Source: Dehalococcoidia bacterium (GTDB lineage: Bacteria > Chloroflexota > Dehalococcoidia > Dehalococcoidales > SURF-40). Taken from it: a DNA stretch of 54,464 nucleotides. A model generated the notes under the pieces. That model searched no databases and was not told where the DNA came from. It worked only from the letters and a program-made list of their open reading frames with translations. The position numbers were made by a program, and so were the translations under genes. Every line of letters starts with the position of its first letter. The stretch's first letter is position 1. Below are positions 1-9,314 of the stretch, in pieces. The DNA lies in contig QZJL01000058.1 in the NCBI GenBank assembly GCA_003599745.1, positions 1-54,464 of the forward strand, written 5' to 3'.

Positions 1-1
1 C

Positions 2-202
2 GTCCTTTCCACTCTGAATCCCCGGGAACAACGAATAATTCAACTGAGATTCGGGCTTGAAGATGGACAAAGCCGCACGTTAGAGGAGGTAGGCAAGGTG
101 TTTAACGTAACTAGAGAACGGATTCGTCAGATAGAAGCCAAGGCAATCCGTAAATTACGCCACCCCACCCGCAGCCGCAAACTCAGAGGCTACCTGGAAT
201 AG
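2..202 (+). CDS. rpoD: RNA polymerase primary sigma factor, C-terminal fragment (gene starts upstream of window)
   Basis: Frame 2 reads ..[62 protein letters not shown], with TAG at 200-202. This is the sigma-70 region 4 HTH signature. It is absent from the ORF track because no start lies in the window. Confidence 0.85.
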   Translation, partial: VLSTLNPREQRIIQLRFGLEDGQSRTLEEVGKVFNVTRERIRQIEAKAIRKLRHPTRSRKLRGYLE

Positions 203-243
203 GACTGGACTAGCAGGTGTCAGGAGTAAGGCAGGAGAAATAA

Positions 244-534
244 ATGAAAGATATTACAGAACTAATCGAAGAACTGAAACATAGGGATAGTAATGTCAGG
301 CAGAATGCCGCGGAAACGCTTGGAATGATAGGTGATGAAAAAGCAATCGATTCTCTCACGTTGGCCTTGAAAGACACAAACAGGTTTGTTCGACAAGATG
401 TAATAGCGGCGCTTGGCAAAATCGGAGGCGCAAGGCTAGCGGAATCTCTTACTCAAGCCTTCGAAGAAGAAAAGGATGAAGTTGTGAGAGATTCGATAGA
501 AAGAGCCCTGGAGAAATTGCAGAAAATAGCTTGA
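244..534 (+). CDS. HEAT-repeat (PBS-lyase-like) protein
   Basis: 96-aa ORF with three repeats of the type D.N.VR..AA.aLG.IGdekAi..L (HEAT_PBS pattern). ATG start. Confidence 0.7.
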   Translation: MKDITELIEELKHRDSNVRQNAAETLGMIGDEKAIDSLTLALKDTNRFVRQDVIAALGKIGGARLAESLTQAFEEEKDEVVRDSIERALEKLQKIA

Positions 535-878
535 TATGCACAGCATCACATACCGCGCTTAACATATGGATCCCGGCAATAAGCAAAGCGACCGTAAAGA
601 GGCGATTGCAAAGTTGTCTTTTTGTCACATACTCAAAATGGGGCTGGACTGCGGCCACTGTGGCAAGGTACAACGGCACAAGTGTAAAGAGGGCGAATCA
701 ATGCCGTCTTTTCATCCTGCCCTAGAAGGATATTATAAGATAAAAGGAAGCAGCAAGGGGATTTTGTCGCAAGGACAACAATCCCTCAGCCTCGTTACAC
801 TCCTTTCACCTATTGAAAAGCCCAGCCATCGGTGCTAGAATGCCCACATCAGGTAATCACGCCTGAAGGAGGCCAGCC

Positions 879-1292
879 ATGACCAACCACGCTAAAGTCG
901 GCGGGATTCTCTCCATCATCTCCGGCGCATTCGGCATTTTAGGGCTGTTCTGGTGCATCTTGATGCTCTATTTTTTCCAGCTAATGGTCAGTTACGCCCC
1001 ATACGCTTTCCCGTCCCCCGAGGATGAGCTGGCCTTACAGTTTATGTCACTCTATTTCGTGGTTATTGGCGTATTTTTGGCGATATTGGGCATCATTGCC
1101 ATCGTAGGTGGCGTCTATACCCTTAAAAGGAAGCTCTGGGGACTGGCTTTGGCCGGGGCGATTTGCGGCACCATCACTTTTTCCCCGACCGGCATCGCCG
1201 CCATAATTTTCGTGGTCATGGGCAGGCCGGAGTTTTACGCACCAGTACCACCGCCAGCTACTTCTTCTTCCGCCCCGCCAGCCGCTTCATAA
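879..1292 (+). CDS. small polytopic membrane protein with Pro/Ser/Ala-rich tail
   Basis: GAAGGAGG RBS 6 nt before the ATG. Three to four hydrophobic helices. No family recognised. Confidence 0.6.
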   Translation: MTNHAKVGGILSIISGAFGILGLFWCILMLYFFQLMVSYAPYAFPSPEDELALQFMSLYFVVIGVFLAILGIIAIVGGVYTLKRKLWGLALAGAICGTITFSPTGIAAIIFVVMGRPEFYAPVPPPATSSSAPPAAS

Positions 1293-1400
1293 TGGCGTCG
1301 GCATAAACCTTCGCCAGGTTTTTACCGTGCATCTGTATGCGCTCGCGCTTTTTGCGTAGCTTTGCCTCGCGCCGCGCCTGCCGGGTCTCGATGTCCTCGC

Positions 1401-3386
1401 TCACCTTCTGGCCACCTCGACAAACTCCAGCCCCTGCCGCAGCTCGTAGATGCGGTCGCGCATCAGCGCCGCCTTCTCGAACTCCAGGTTTTTGGCGGCG
1501 GCTTTCATCTGAACCTGTAAATCCTTGATAAGTCGGGCAATCTCCTCGCGGCCGGCGGGGGCGGTGTAAGACGCGCGCTCCTCGGCCACCACTTTCACCC
1601 GCTCGGTGATGTCCTTGATGGCCTTGCGGATACCCTGCGGGGTGATGTGGTGCTCTTGGTTATAGGCTTCCTGGATAAGGCGGCGGCGCTCGATTTCCGC
1701 CATCGCCCGCTTCATGGATTCGGTTACTTCGTCGGCGTACAAAATGGCGTGACCGTCAATGTGGCGGGCGGCGCGCCCCATGGTCTGGATGAGCGCCTGC
1801 TCGGAGCGCAAATAACCCGCTTTATCGGCGTCCAGTATTGCCACCAGGCTCACCTCCGGCAGGTCGAGCCCCTCCCGCAGCAGGTTGATGCCCACCACCA
1901 CATCATAGACGCCCATGCGCAGGTCGCGCAGGATTTCCACCCGCTCCAGCGTTTCCACCTCGGAGTGGAGGTAGTGGGTCTTGATGCCCATTTCAATCAG
2001 ATAGTCGGCCATCTCCTCGGCCATGCGCTTGGTGAGGGTAGTCACCAGGCAGCGTTCGCCGCGCGCCACCCGGACCTTAATCTGGTGCAAAAGGTCGTCA
2101 ACCTGTCCCCTGGTCGGCTTCACTTCAACAGTCGGCTCCAGCAGGCCGGTGGGACGCACCAGCTGCTCGGCCACCTGCTGGCTGTGCTGGTATTCGTATG
2201 GGGAGGGGGTCGCCGAGACGTAAATCACCTGCTTCAGGCGCTCGTTGAACTCGTCAAAGTTGAGGGGGCGGTTGTCGAAGGCCGATGGCAGGCGGAAGCC
2301 GTACTCCACCAGCGTCTCCTTGCGCGAGCGGTCGCCGTGGTACATGCCGCGCACCTGGGGCAGCGTCATGTGGGACTCGTCAATGAACATCAGGAAGTCG
2401 TCGGGGAAATAGTCCAGAAGGGTATAGGGAGCGCTGCCCGGGGCTCGTCCGGCAAGGTGGCGCGAGTAGTTTTCCACGGCGTTGCAGTAGCCGGTCTCGG
2501 CCAGCATCTCGATGTCGTAGTTGGTGCGCATTTCCAGCCTGGCAGCCTCCAGCAGTTTGCCTTTGGCCTTCAGTTTGACTAACTCCTCGGCCAGCTCCTG
2601 CTTGATGCCCTCGATAGCCGCCATCAGCCGGTCGTGCGAGGTGACGAAATGCTTGCCGGGATAGACGTCGATTTCGCCAAGCTCGGTTAAAATCTCGCCG
2701 GTGAGCGGCTCAATCCGGACGATGCGCTCAATCTCATCGCCGAAAAACTCAACCCGCAGCGCAATCTCCTCGTAGGCGGGCATCAGCTCCAGGGTGTCGC
2801 CGCGCACGCGAAACTTGCCCCGGCTCAAATCCATGTCATTGCGCTGGTACTGCATGTCCACCAGCCGCCTCAAAAGCTTCTGGCGGGGATAGCTCTGCCC
2901 CTTTTTAAGATTTAGGACAAAGCTGCGGTACTCCTCGGGCGAACCTAAACCGTAGATGCAGGAAACCGAGGCTACGATGACAGTGTCGCGCCGCTCGAAA
3001 AGGGCGCGGGTGGCGGCGTGGCGCAGCTTGTCAATCTCCTCGTTGATGTCAATGTCTTTTTCGATGTAGGTGTCGGTGGCGGGCAGGTAGGCCTCGGGCT
3101 GGTAGTAGTCGTAGTAGCTCACGAAATATTCCACCGCATTGCCGGGGAAGAACTCGCGGAACTCGCTGTAAAGCTGGGCGGCCAGGGTTTTGTTGTGGCA
3201 GAGCACCAGCGTGGGCCGCTGCACGCGGGCAATGACATTGGCCATGGTGAAGGTCTTGCCGCTGCCGGTGACGCCCAGCAGCGTCTGCTGCTTATAATTT
3301 TGCGCAAGGCCGCCCACCAGCTTATCAACCGCCTGGGGCTGGTCGCCGGTCATTTTGAAATCGGAAACTAGCTCAAACTGAGGCAT
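1401..3386 (-). CDS. uvrB: excinuclease ABC subunit B
   Basis: 661 aa. Starts [23 protein letters not shown], carries Walker A GVTGSGKT and helicase motifs, and has the C-terminal UVR domain ([16 protein letters not shown]). Confidence 0.97.
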   Translation of the reverse strand: MPQFELVSDFKMTGDQPQAVDKLVGGLAQNYKQQTLLGVTGSGKTFTMANVIARVQRPTLVLCHNKTLAAQLYSEFREFFPGNAVEYFVSYYDYYQPEAYLPATDTYIEKDIDINEEIDKLRHAATRALFERRDTVIVASVSCIYGLGSPEEYRSFVLNLKKGQSYPRQKLLRRLVDMQYQRNDMDLSRGKFRVRGDTLELMPAYEEIALRVEFFGDEIERIVRIEPLTGEILTELGEIDVYPGKHFVTSHDRLMAAIEGIKQELAEELVKLKAKGKLLEAARLEMRTNYDIEMLAETGYCNAVENYSRHLAGRAPGSAPYTLLDYFPDDFLMFIDESHMTLPQVRGMYHGDRSRKETLVEYGFRLPSAFDNRPLNFDEFNERLKQVIYVSATPSPYEYQHSQQVAEQLVRPTGLLEPTVEVKPTRGQVDDLLHQIKVRVARGERCLVTTLTKRMAEEMADYLIEMGIKTHYLHSEVETLERVEILRDLRMGVYDVVVGINLLREGLDLPEVSLVAILDADKAGYLRSEQALIQTMGRAARHIDGHAILYADEVTESMKRAMAEIERRRLIQEAYNQEHHITPQGIRKAIKDITERVKVVAEERASYTAPAGREEIARLIKDLQVQMKAAAKNLEFEKAALMRDRIYELRQGLEFVEVARR

Positions 3387-3492
3387 TTTGTGACCTTTTA
3401 GAGTGGAGCTTGCTAAGAATAGTATAGGGGGAGAGAGGGAATGGATGCAATTAGAGGGGAACTACCAGATTTCTTTGGCCCCTTTGATCGAA

Positions 3493-4224
3493 TTAGAAGT
3501 CGGCGAATGTCTTACCCTTTAAATAGTCGGGAAAAGTGTAGATGCCAGTTACCTGTAACCAACACTTATTATCTTCTGCCCACGGCCGTGCCAGTCCCAA
3601 GCGTAGATATAATCTAACAGATTCCTGAAAAGTCTTCTTCAATTCTTCGGCAACTTTTTTCGGTTCTTTATGTTGTCTTATAACTTGCGAATAGCATCGA
3701 TTCCATAGCGTCAGATCACTTACAGGTCGGCAATATGTGCGCCTATTTTTGTCAACAAATGTGACCCTAGGCTTAGCATTCTTCCCGGTTAATTCAATAT
3801 CAACGATTCTAGCGCCTGACAAAGTAGCGATAGATCTGGTCTCAGTACCAGGTAATACCCAATCGTTGCCACTTAGATGTCCTTCAAAAATATCTTCTAC
3901 AGCATCAAACGAGGTTTGCTGCAACGCCCTCTCCCACTCGGCATTGGTACAAAATCCCTTGCCTGTAATTGAGTCAGGGTTGAAACCCATATCTTCGATA
4001 TGCGGAGGATTAACCTTAATGACATGTAGGTCAAATTCTACCTTAGCCGAAGGTCGTACAATTGCTAAATGGTTCCTTTTCAAATAATTTTTCTGAAAAC
4101 CACCATTACATATTAGCCTGACAGAATTCCCATCTTCATCAAGTCCAACAACGCAAACTTCATTTCCATTGCTGAATTCCCGAGGCATCTGGGTCAGGTC
4201 AGTTATCACAATTGTTTTGCGCAT
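3493..4224 (-). CDS. uncharacterised 243-aa protein, third gene of the DUF488 cassette (possibly a dual-OB-fold family, unverified)
   Basis: ATG begins 11 nt after the stop of the upstream DUF488 gene. AT-rich codon usage like its two neighbours. Two beta-rich halves and no catalytic motif recognised. Confidence 0.6.
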   Translation of the reverse strand: MRKTIVITDLTQMPREFSNGNEVCVVGLDEDGNSVRLICNGGFQKNYLKRNHLAIVRPSAKVEFDLHVIKVNPPHIEDMGFNPDSITGKGFCTNAEWERALQQTSFDAVEDIFEGHLSGNDWVLPGTETRSIATLSGARIVDIELTGKNAKPRVTFVDKNRRTYCRPVSDLTLWNRCYSQVIRQHKEPKKVAEELKKTFQESVRLYLRLGLARPWAEDNKCWLQVTGIYTFPDYLKGKTFADF

Positions 4225-4235
4225 TCTTGTTCTCT

Positions 4236-4676
4236 TTATAAATGCACAATTTCAGTTTTTGTTGGTATAATCCGAGCCAAATATTCCGCAGCTAGACGTC
4301 GATGACAACGGGTGGGTTTGGCTTCGGAACAAAGTAATACCACGCCCTCTTCCAACAATACCGACGAAATATGATTCTCGACTTTGCGTTGCCGTATCAA
4401 CTCTAGGTATCTCCGTTCATATTCTGCCCAATCACTTGTTTTTCGGTATTCCTTTAATATTGATTCTTCTGGTGCAAATATTGGGGACTCATGATATTCA
4501 ATGTTAACCAGATGCCTTAGAAAATAAGGCAGGTCGTTCCTTTTTGTAAATCCTGCCAGCTGAGAGTTATTACTAAGGCGAATATCCAGCAAGTGTTTCG
4601 CCCCGCTACTACGCAAAGCTTCAAAAAACTTCTCAGCAGTCTTTTTGGTGAAACCGATGGTATAAATATTCAACAA
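4236..4676 (-). CDS. DUF488 family protein (paralog B)
   Basis: Starts (TTG)LNIYTIGFTKK. Contains LDIR and C-terminal LLCSEAKPTRCHRRL, the DUF488 hallmarks. Begins 4 nt after the stop of paralog A. Confidence 0.8.
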   Translation of the reverse strand: MLNIYTIGFTKKTAEKFFEALRSSGAKHLLDIRLSNNSQLAGFTKRNDLPYFLRHLVNIEYHESPIFAPEESILKEYRKTSDWAEYERRYLELIRQRKVENHISSVLLEEGVVLLCSEAKPTRCHRRLAAEYLARIIPTKTEIVHL

Positions 4677-4680
4677 AATC

Positions 4681-5193
4681 TCACATCGGGAGTGGATATT
4701 GACTAGCTGCTACCCCTACTTTTTCTTTCCACAGGTCTTCATCCGTTTGGATGCGTCCATCGCCCCGAATATGAAATATTTTCACCCCAGCTTGACGCAA
4801 ACTGTCGGCGACTAACATGTTGCGATGGCAAGAAATTGGGTTCTCCTCTGCGCACATAATGCAAACTCTATATCTTTTAACCTCATCCAAAATTCGTCTG
4901 ATTCCGTACCTGTAGTTTTCTTTTCCTTGAATCAATTTATAATCTACTTTACCTGTTTGATTGTCGTAACTATCTAATTCTGACGGCCTCCCGCCTAACA
5001 TGTCGCCCAGGTAAATGTAGTGGATTCTAGCTAGCTTCAACACCTTTTCTAAGTTATCTTTATCTGCAAACGTCGCCCAGCGACTTGTAGGATTACTTCG
5101 CACGTCTACAAGTACTTGGATTTTCGTGCCAATCAGTAATGCTACGAATTGCTCTTGAGTATGGTTGCTATGTCCTATCGTATATATTTGCAT
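4681..5193 (-). CDS. DUF488 family protein (paralog A)
   Basis: Starts MQIYTIGHSNHT. Contains VDVR and IMCAEENPISCHRNML, the DUF488 hallmarks. Confidence 0.85.
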   Translation of the reverse strand: MQIYTIGHSNHTQEQFVALLIGTKIQVLVDVRSNPTSRWATFADKDNLEKVLKLARIHYIYLGDMLGGRPSELDSYDNQTGKVDYKLIQGKENYRYGIRRILDEVKRYRVCIMCAEENPISCHRNMLVADSLRQAGVKIFHIRGDGRIQTDEDLWKEKVGVAASQYPLPM

Positions 5194-5302
5194 TTAAGGA
5201 GTCCTGTCCAATGAATTGACTGTACACAAATAAATTAGCACAAATATTTAACTCGGGCAATTATCTGTCAGTGAAACAGCTTTCACAGCTCTTATAATTA
5301 TC

Positions 5303-5887
5303 TTACTTCCCCCCATAATATGAGAGCGCCAGCCTGATTTTCTCTTCCAGCCCCAGCTTCGAGTCTCGCGGCAGGCTGGAAACCGCCTGCGCTGCCTCGC
5401 TCGTCGAGTAGCCCAGCGAGACCAGCGCCGCCAGCACCTCGGCGTTCTCCGGAGCAAGCTCGGGGGCGGAGATGGCGAGCATCCCGGCGCTGACCTTATC
5501 CTTAAGCTCAAGGATGATGCGCTCGGCGGTCTTTTTGCCGATACCAGGTATCCGGGTGAGCATCAGACTGTTGGAGGTGGCGATGGCCGCCGCCAGCTTT
5601 TCCGGCTCCATCACACTCAACATCGCCAGGGCGAGTTTCGGGCCGATGCCCGAGACCCCGATGAGCACCTCGAAAAGCCCCAGTTCCTCCTGGGAGGTCG
5701 AGCCGAAGAGGCTGATGTTGTCCTCGCGGACGTGCAGGTGGGTAAAGAGCTTGACCTTGCCGCCAGGGCTGCCAATCTGACTTAAGTCGGAGTTCGGCAC
5801 AAACACCTTGAAGCCGACGCCGCCAACGTTGACGACCACCCAGTCATCGCCCATCGCTTCCAGTGTCCCGGTAAGGTTGCTAATCAC
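5303..5887 (-). CDS. ruvA: Holliday junction branch migration complex subunit RuvA
   Basis: I trimmed the track ORF to the GTG at 5887, which is preceded by GAGGAGG. The protein starts VISNLTGTLEAMGDDWVVVNVGGVGFKV (typical RuvA N-terminus) and has HhH motifs (IPGIGKKTAERI). The GTG overlaps the ruvC TGA (GTGA). Confidence 0.9.
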   Translation of the reverse strand: MISNLTGTLEAMGDDWVVVNVGGVGFKVFVPNSDLSQIGSPGGKVKLFTHLHVREDNISLFGSTSQEELGLFEVLIGVSGIGPKLALAMLSVMEPEKLAAAIATSNSLMLTRIPGIGKKTAERIILELKDKVSAGMLAISAPELAPENAEVLAALVSLGYSTSEAAQAVSSLPRDSKLGLEEKIRLALSYYGGK

Positions 5888-6396
5888 GATTCGTCCTCCT
5901 CCGCAGACGCGATTATCCCACCCAGGCGCACCATGCGCAGGTGGCAGATAGCACATGCAAGGGCGTCGGCGGCGTCGCTGGGCTGGGGAACCGTATCGAG
6001 ACCCAGCTGCAGCTTCACCATCTCCTGGATTTGCTCTTTAGAACTGGCGCCGTAGTCGGTCACCGTCTGCTTTATCTGTGCGGGAGTGTATTCAAAGCTC
6101 GGCAGATTCGCGCCGGCGGCGGCCAGGATAGCAACCGCCTGCGCCCGGCCGATGGCCAGGGCGGCGCGCACGTTTTTGGCGAGGAAGGGACGCTCGATAG
6201 CGACTGCCTCGGGGCGATTGGTAGAAATGATTTTCAAAAGCTCGCGGTAGTAGAAATAAAGACGCTCGCCGATGGGCGAACTGGCGGGGCGTCTCAGGGC
6301 GCCGTAACAAATCATAGTGATGTCGTCGCTGGCGTCCGACAGCACGATACCATAACCCATGCTCACCGTGCCGGGGTCAATGCCCAGGATTTTCAT
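5884..6396 (-). CDS. ruvC: crossover junction endodeoxyribonuclease RuvC
   Basis: I trimmed the track ORF to the ATG at 6396 (MKILGIDPGTVSMGYGIV, the canonical RuvC start containing the catalytic Asp). The C-terminal DAADALACAICH motif is present. Confidence 0.9.
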   Translation of the reverse strand: MKILGIDPGTVSMGYGIVLSDASDDITMICYGALRRPASSPIGERLYFYYRELLKIISTNRPEAVAIERPFLAKNVRAALAIGRAQAVAILAAAGANLPSFEYTPAQIKQTVTDYGASSKEQIQEMVKLQLGLDTVPQPSDAADALACAICHLRMVRLGGIIASAEEDES

Positions 6397-6610
6397 AGCT
6401 ATACTGTACCCGAAAAACATCAGAGATACAATGCGGGCGTATTTGGGGGGACGTATCATTTTGGGGCTGAAATCCGGGCAAGGTAGGGATGCGACCTTCC
6501 TCCCCCAGATTGCCACGTCACTTCGTTCCTACAATGACATTGGAGACAGGCCTTGGAATATCAATTTGATGCGCTGCCGCATTTCGGGATTTATTGAGCA
6601 GCTGCTGATA

Positions 6611-7381
6611 TTACCGGGAAGCGCTTTGCGCCTCGGCCTCGTGCTTGGCTAAAATCTCGGGAGAGAAGTCGGCGTTGGAATAGACGCCGTTGACATCATC
6701 CAGCTCTTCAAGGCGGTCGAGCAGCTTCAGCGCCTGGAGCCCCGGTTTTTCTTCCAGCTTGATGAGGGTCTTGGCGACCATCGAAAGCTCGGAAGAGTCC
6801 ACGTGCACCCCGGCGGCTTCCAGGGCTTTGCGCACCGCTTCTGTCTCCTCGGGCTTGGTATAAATCTCGATGTCGCCGTTGGACTGCTGGACGTCCTCGG
6901 CGCCGGCGTCAATCGCTTTAAGCTCAAGCTCCTCGACATCCCGGTCGCCGCCCTTGACGGTTATCATGCCGCGCGACTGGAAAAGCCAGGCGACGCAGCC
7001 GCTTTCTCCCAGGCTGCCACCGTGCCGGGTAAAGGCGTTGCGCACTTCCTGGAGGGCGCGGAGGCGGTTATCGGTCATCACCTGCACCAGGATAGCGGTG
7101 CCGCCCGGCCCGTAGCCCTCGAGAATGAACTCCTGGAGAGCGGCCCCTCCGCCCTCGCCGGAGCCTTTCCTGATGGCACGGTCAATGTTATCGAGGGGCA
7201 TGTTGGCGTCCCGGGCTTTCTGCACCGCCAGGCGCAGGCGGAAGTTAGCTTCGGGGCTGGGGCCGCCGGCGCGCACCGCCACGATGATTTCCCGCGCCAG
7301 TCTGGTGAAGAGCTGGCCACGCTTGGCGTCCGCGGCACCTTTCTGGTGCTTGATGGAAGACCATTTCGAATGACCCGACAT
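6611..7381 (-). CDS. YebC/PmpR family DNA-binding transcriptional regulator
   Basis: Starts MSGHSKWSSIKHQKGAADAKRGQLFTRLAREI, which is diagnostic of this family. Confidence 0.95.
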   Translation of the reverse strand: MSGHSKWSSIKHQKGAADAKRGQLFTRLAREIIVAVRAGGPSPEANFRLRLAVQKARDANMPLDNIDRAIRKGSGEGGGAALQEFILEGYGPGGTAILVQVMTDNRLRALQEVRNAFTRHGGSLGESGCVAWLFQSRGMITVKGGDRDVEELELKAIDAGAEDVQQSNGDIEIYTKPEETEAVRKALEAAGVHVDSSELSMVAKTLIKLEEKPGLQALKLLDRLEELDDVNGVYSNADFSPEILAKHEAEAQSASR

Positions 7382-7416
7382 GCCATGTCCCTCCGGGCGG
7401 TTTCACTGATATTCTA

Positions 7417-8028
7417 TCACAAACATTTCAGGTGCGAAACGTCATTGAGCAGGCGCAGAACACCGCCCGGCGAATAGGTCTCGATGATGCTGAGCGAGGC
7501 CAGTTCCAGACGGAACCGCCAGCGGTGCTCCAGCCCGATGCCCAGAAGACGGCAAATCAGGGTGCGCAGCGGGCCGTTGTGGGCGACCACCAGCAGCGTT
7601 TCACCGGCGGTATGCTTTTCGAGGCGTTTCGTGAACCGGCTCACCCGGCGGTTAAACGTAGCGACTGCATCCCCACCCGGGAACACCAGTTTTAGCGTGC
7701 GCTTCTTCCAGAGGCCGGCGACGTCGGGGAAGCGCTGCTCGATTTCGCTGAAAGTAAGCCCCTCAAGCTGGCCGAAGTCAATCTCGCGGAGCTCCGGGCA
7801 GATGGTCACACCAAGGCCGTGTCTTGAGGCGATGAGTTCAGCGGTGGTGCGGGCGCGGGCGAGAGGACTGGCGTAGATGGCATCAATTTTTTCCGAAGCC
7901 AGCCGTTCGCGCAGCCGTGCCGCCTGCTCAAGGCCGAGAGCGCTCAGGGCGACATCGGTCGCACCCCAGTAACGCTCGCTACTCTTTAATTCCGTCTCAC
8001 CGTGTCGTACCAGAAACAAACGTGCCAT
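7417..8028 (-). CDS. cobC: histidine phosphatase family protein, probable alpha-ribazole phosphatase
   Basis: Starts LFLVRHGETE (RHG motif) and has a second His motif VVAHNGPLR. Lies immediately upstream of cobS. Confidence 0.7.
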   Translation of the reverse strand: MARLFLVRHGETELKSSERYWGATDVALSALGLEQAARLRERLASEKIDAIYASPLARARTTAELIASRHGLGVTICPELREIDFGQLEGLTFSEIEQRFPDVAGLWKKRTLKLVFPGGDAVATFNRRVSRFTKRLEKHTAGETLLVVAHNGPLRTLICRLLGIGLEHRWRFRLELASLSIIETYSPGGVLRLLNDVSHLKCL

Positions 8029-8043
8029 CTATACCTCTAAATT

Positions 8044-8823
8044 TTAGGCCAGCCCGATGTGTACCAGCAGCGAGAGCATGACCAATGCCGTCGCCTCGGC
8101 AAGCTCGCCGACCGCGCCGTAAGCAGCAATGTTGAGACCGCCGAAACGGCTTTTCAAATAGAGGCCGAGCAGTCCTGCCACCGCAAAGACACCCGCCATT
8201 ATCACCAGCCCCGGCAGCCTCGCCAGGGAAAAGGTGACGCCGAGGGCGATAAGCGTGGCCGCCAGCATACCGTACCACCTTGCGCCGCGCTTGAAATCGC
8301 CGTCCGGCCCCGACGGGCGGGCGCCGCGGAAGCTGAAAATGGCATAGACCATCGCCCAGCGTCCCAGCACCGGGAAATAAATCAGGGCGTACAGCCACAG
8401 GCTCTGGCTCTGGGGCAGGCTGTCGAGCGCGACGTACTTGAGCAGTAACAGCGCTGCCACCGCGATGATGCCGAAGCTGCCGACACGCTTATCGTCGGTT
8501 ATCCGGAGACGGGTCTCCGGGCCGGCGTGACTGACCAGACCATCGGCGGTATGCGCCAGGCCGCCAAGCTGGCGGGCACCGGAAAATGCCGCCAGGCCGC
8601 CGATTATCAGCACATTGACCAGCGCCGATGGGAAAAGAAGCTTGAGCAGCCAGCCCGAAGCCGCCAGAAAGAGGCCGATGACCAGTCCAACCAGCGGGAA
8701 AAACAGGGCCGAAGCCCCGATTTCGCCCGGGCTGAGCGGGCGGCGTAGGGGCAAGGGGATGGTGGTCAGGTATCTTAAGGCTGCCAGGAATTTCAAACGG
8801 GGCTCCTCGGGTGCCGGTGGCAA
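8044..8823 (-). CDS. cobS: adenosylcobinamide-GDP ribazoletransferase
   Basis: Polytopic membrane protein with the N-terminal LRYLTTIPLP motif typical of CobS. Adjacent to the cobC-like gene. Confidence 0.85.
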   Translation of the reverse strand: MPPAPEEPRLKFLAALRYLTTIPLPLRRPLSPGEIGASALFFPLVGLVIGLFLAASGWLLKLLFPSALVNVLIIGGLAAFSGARQLGGLAHTADGLVSHAGPETRLRITDDKRVGSFGIIAVAALLLLKYVALDSLPQSQSLWLYALIYFPVLGRWAMVYAIFSFRGARPSGPDGDFKRGARWYGMLAATLIALGVTFSLARLPGLVIMAGVFAVAGLLGLYLKSRFGGLNIAAYGAVGELAEATALVMLSLLVHIGLA

Positions 8824-9034
8824 CGTTGCCGGTTAATATTGTAAACTAGACTATAGTAATACATTAACCGCTGGAGCTTCAATATCGCTTTACATATTAT
8901 TTGGCACTTCACAGCCAAATAACAACAAATACCGCCTATTCCACCACCGAACACAGTCCATTTATTCTGTAACACCTTGTCGGCGCTCCAGCACCGAGCA
9001 GGAAGACACATTCCCCCTGCACTCCTTTGCACCT

Positions 9035-9295
9035 TTACTCAGACTCTTCAACCGCATCTTCAAATCCGCTACATTGATTTACACCTATTGCCAGGTCAAA
9101 CTGGAACTCCTTATCCGTAACATACTTTTCCCTAATCCTTTTTTCCAACTTTACTAAAAGAACAGTTATTTCATCATTTATCTTCCCTAACTCTTCGTCA
9201 AACAGCCCGTGGACTACTTCGCTCACGTCCGAATTCCCCATATACGGGCACTCATCTTTACTATAAAAGTATTTACAACCAGCACAAGTACTCAA
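9035..9295 (-). CDS. hypothetical Cys-containing small protein (element, downstream of rep)
   Basis: 86-aa ORF 19 nt downstream of rep on the same strand. N-terminal CAGC..x9..C motif followed by an acidic coiled tail. Confidence 0.5.
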   Translation of the reverse strand: MSTCAGCKYFYSKDECPYMGNSDVSEVVHGLFDEELGKINDEITVLLVKLEKRIREKYVTDKEFQFDLAIGVNQCSGFEDAVEESE

Positions 9296-9314
9296 TTTCT
9301 ACACCATCCTAATA

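Noticed and set aside
566-838. 90-aa ORF (contains CGHCGK) in the 344-bp gap after the HEAT-repeat gene
   Set aside because: There is no convincing RBS, no family resemblance, and overlapping alternative ORFs of similar length. I cannot support it as coding. The gap may simply be an AT-rich promoter region. One imperfect hairpin lies at ~766..795.
1258-1404. 48-codon very basic ORF ([48 protein letters not shown]) starting at a GTG that overlaps the uvrB stop
   Set aside because: It overlaps the 3' end of the convergent membrane-protein gene. It has only a GTG start and I recognise no family. I could not distinguish it from chance, but it might deserve a conservation check.
1647-2582. 311-aa ORF on the plus strand
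   Set aside because: It lies entirely antisense to uvrB, which has unmistakable motifs. Long stop-free antisense frames are expected in high-GC coding DNA. The translation is Gly/Val/His/Ala-rich with no motifs.
8793-9032. 79-aa minus-strand ORF at the left edge of the element
   Set aside because: It spans the cobS start region and AT-rich spacer. It has no RBS and a Cys/Ile-rich low-complexity translation. It is more likely promoter or att DNA.
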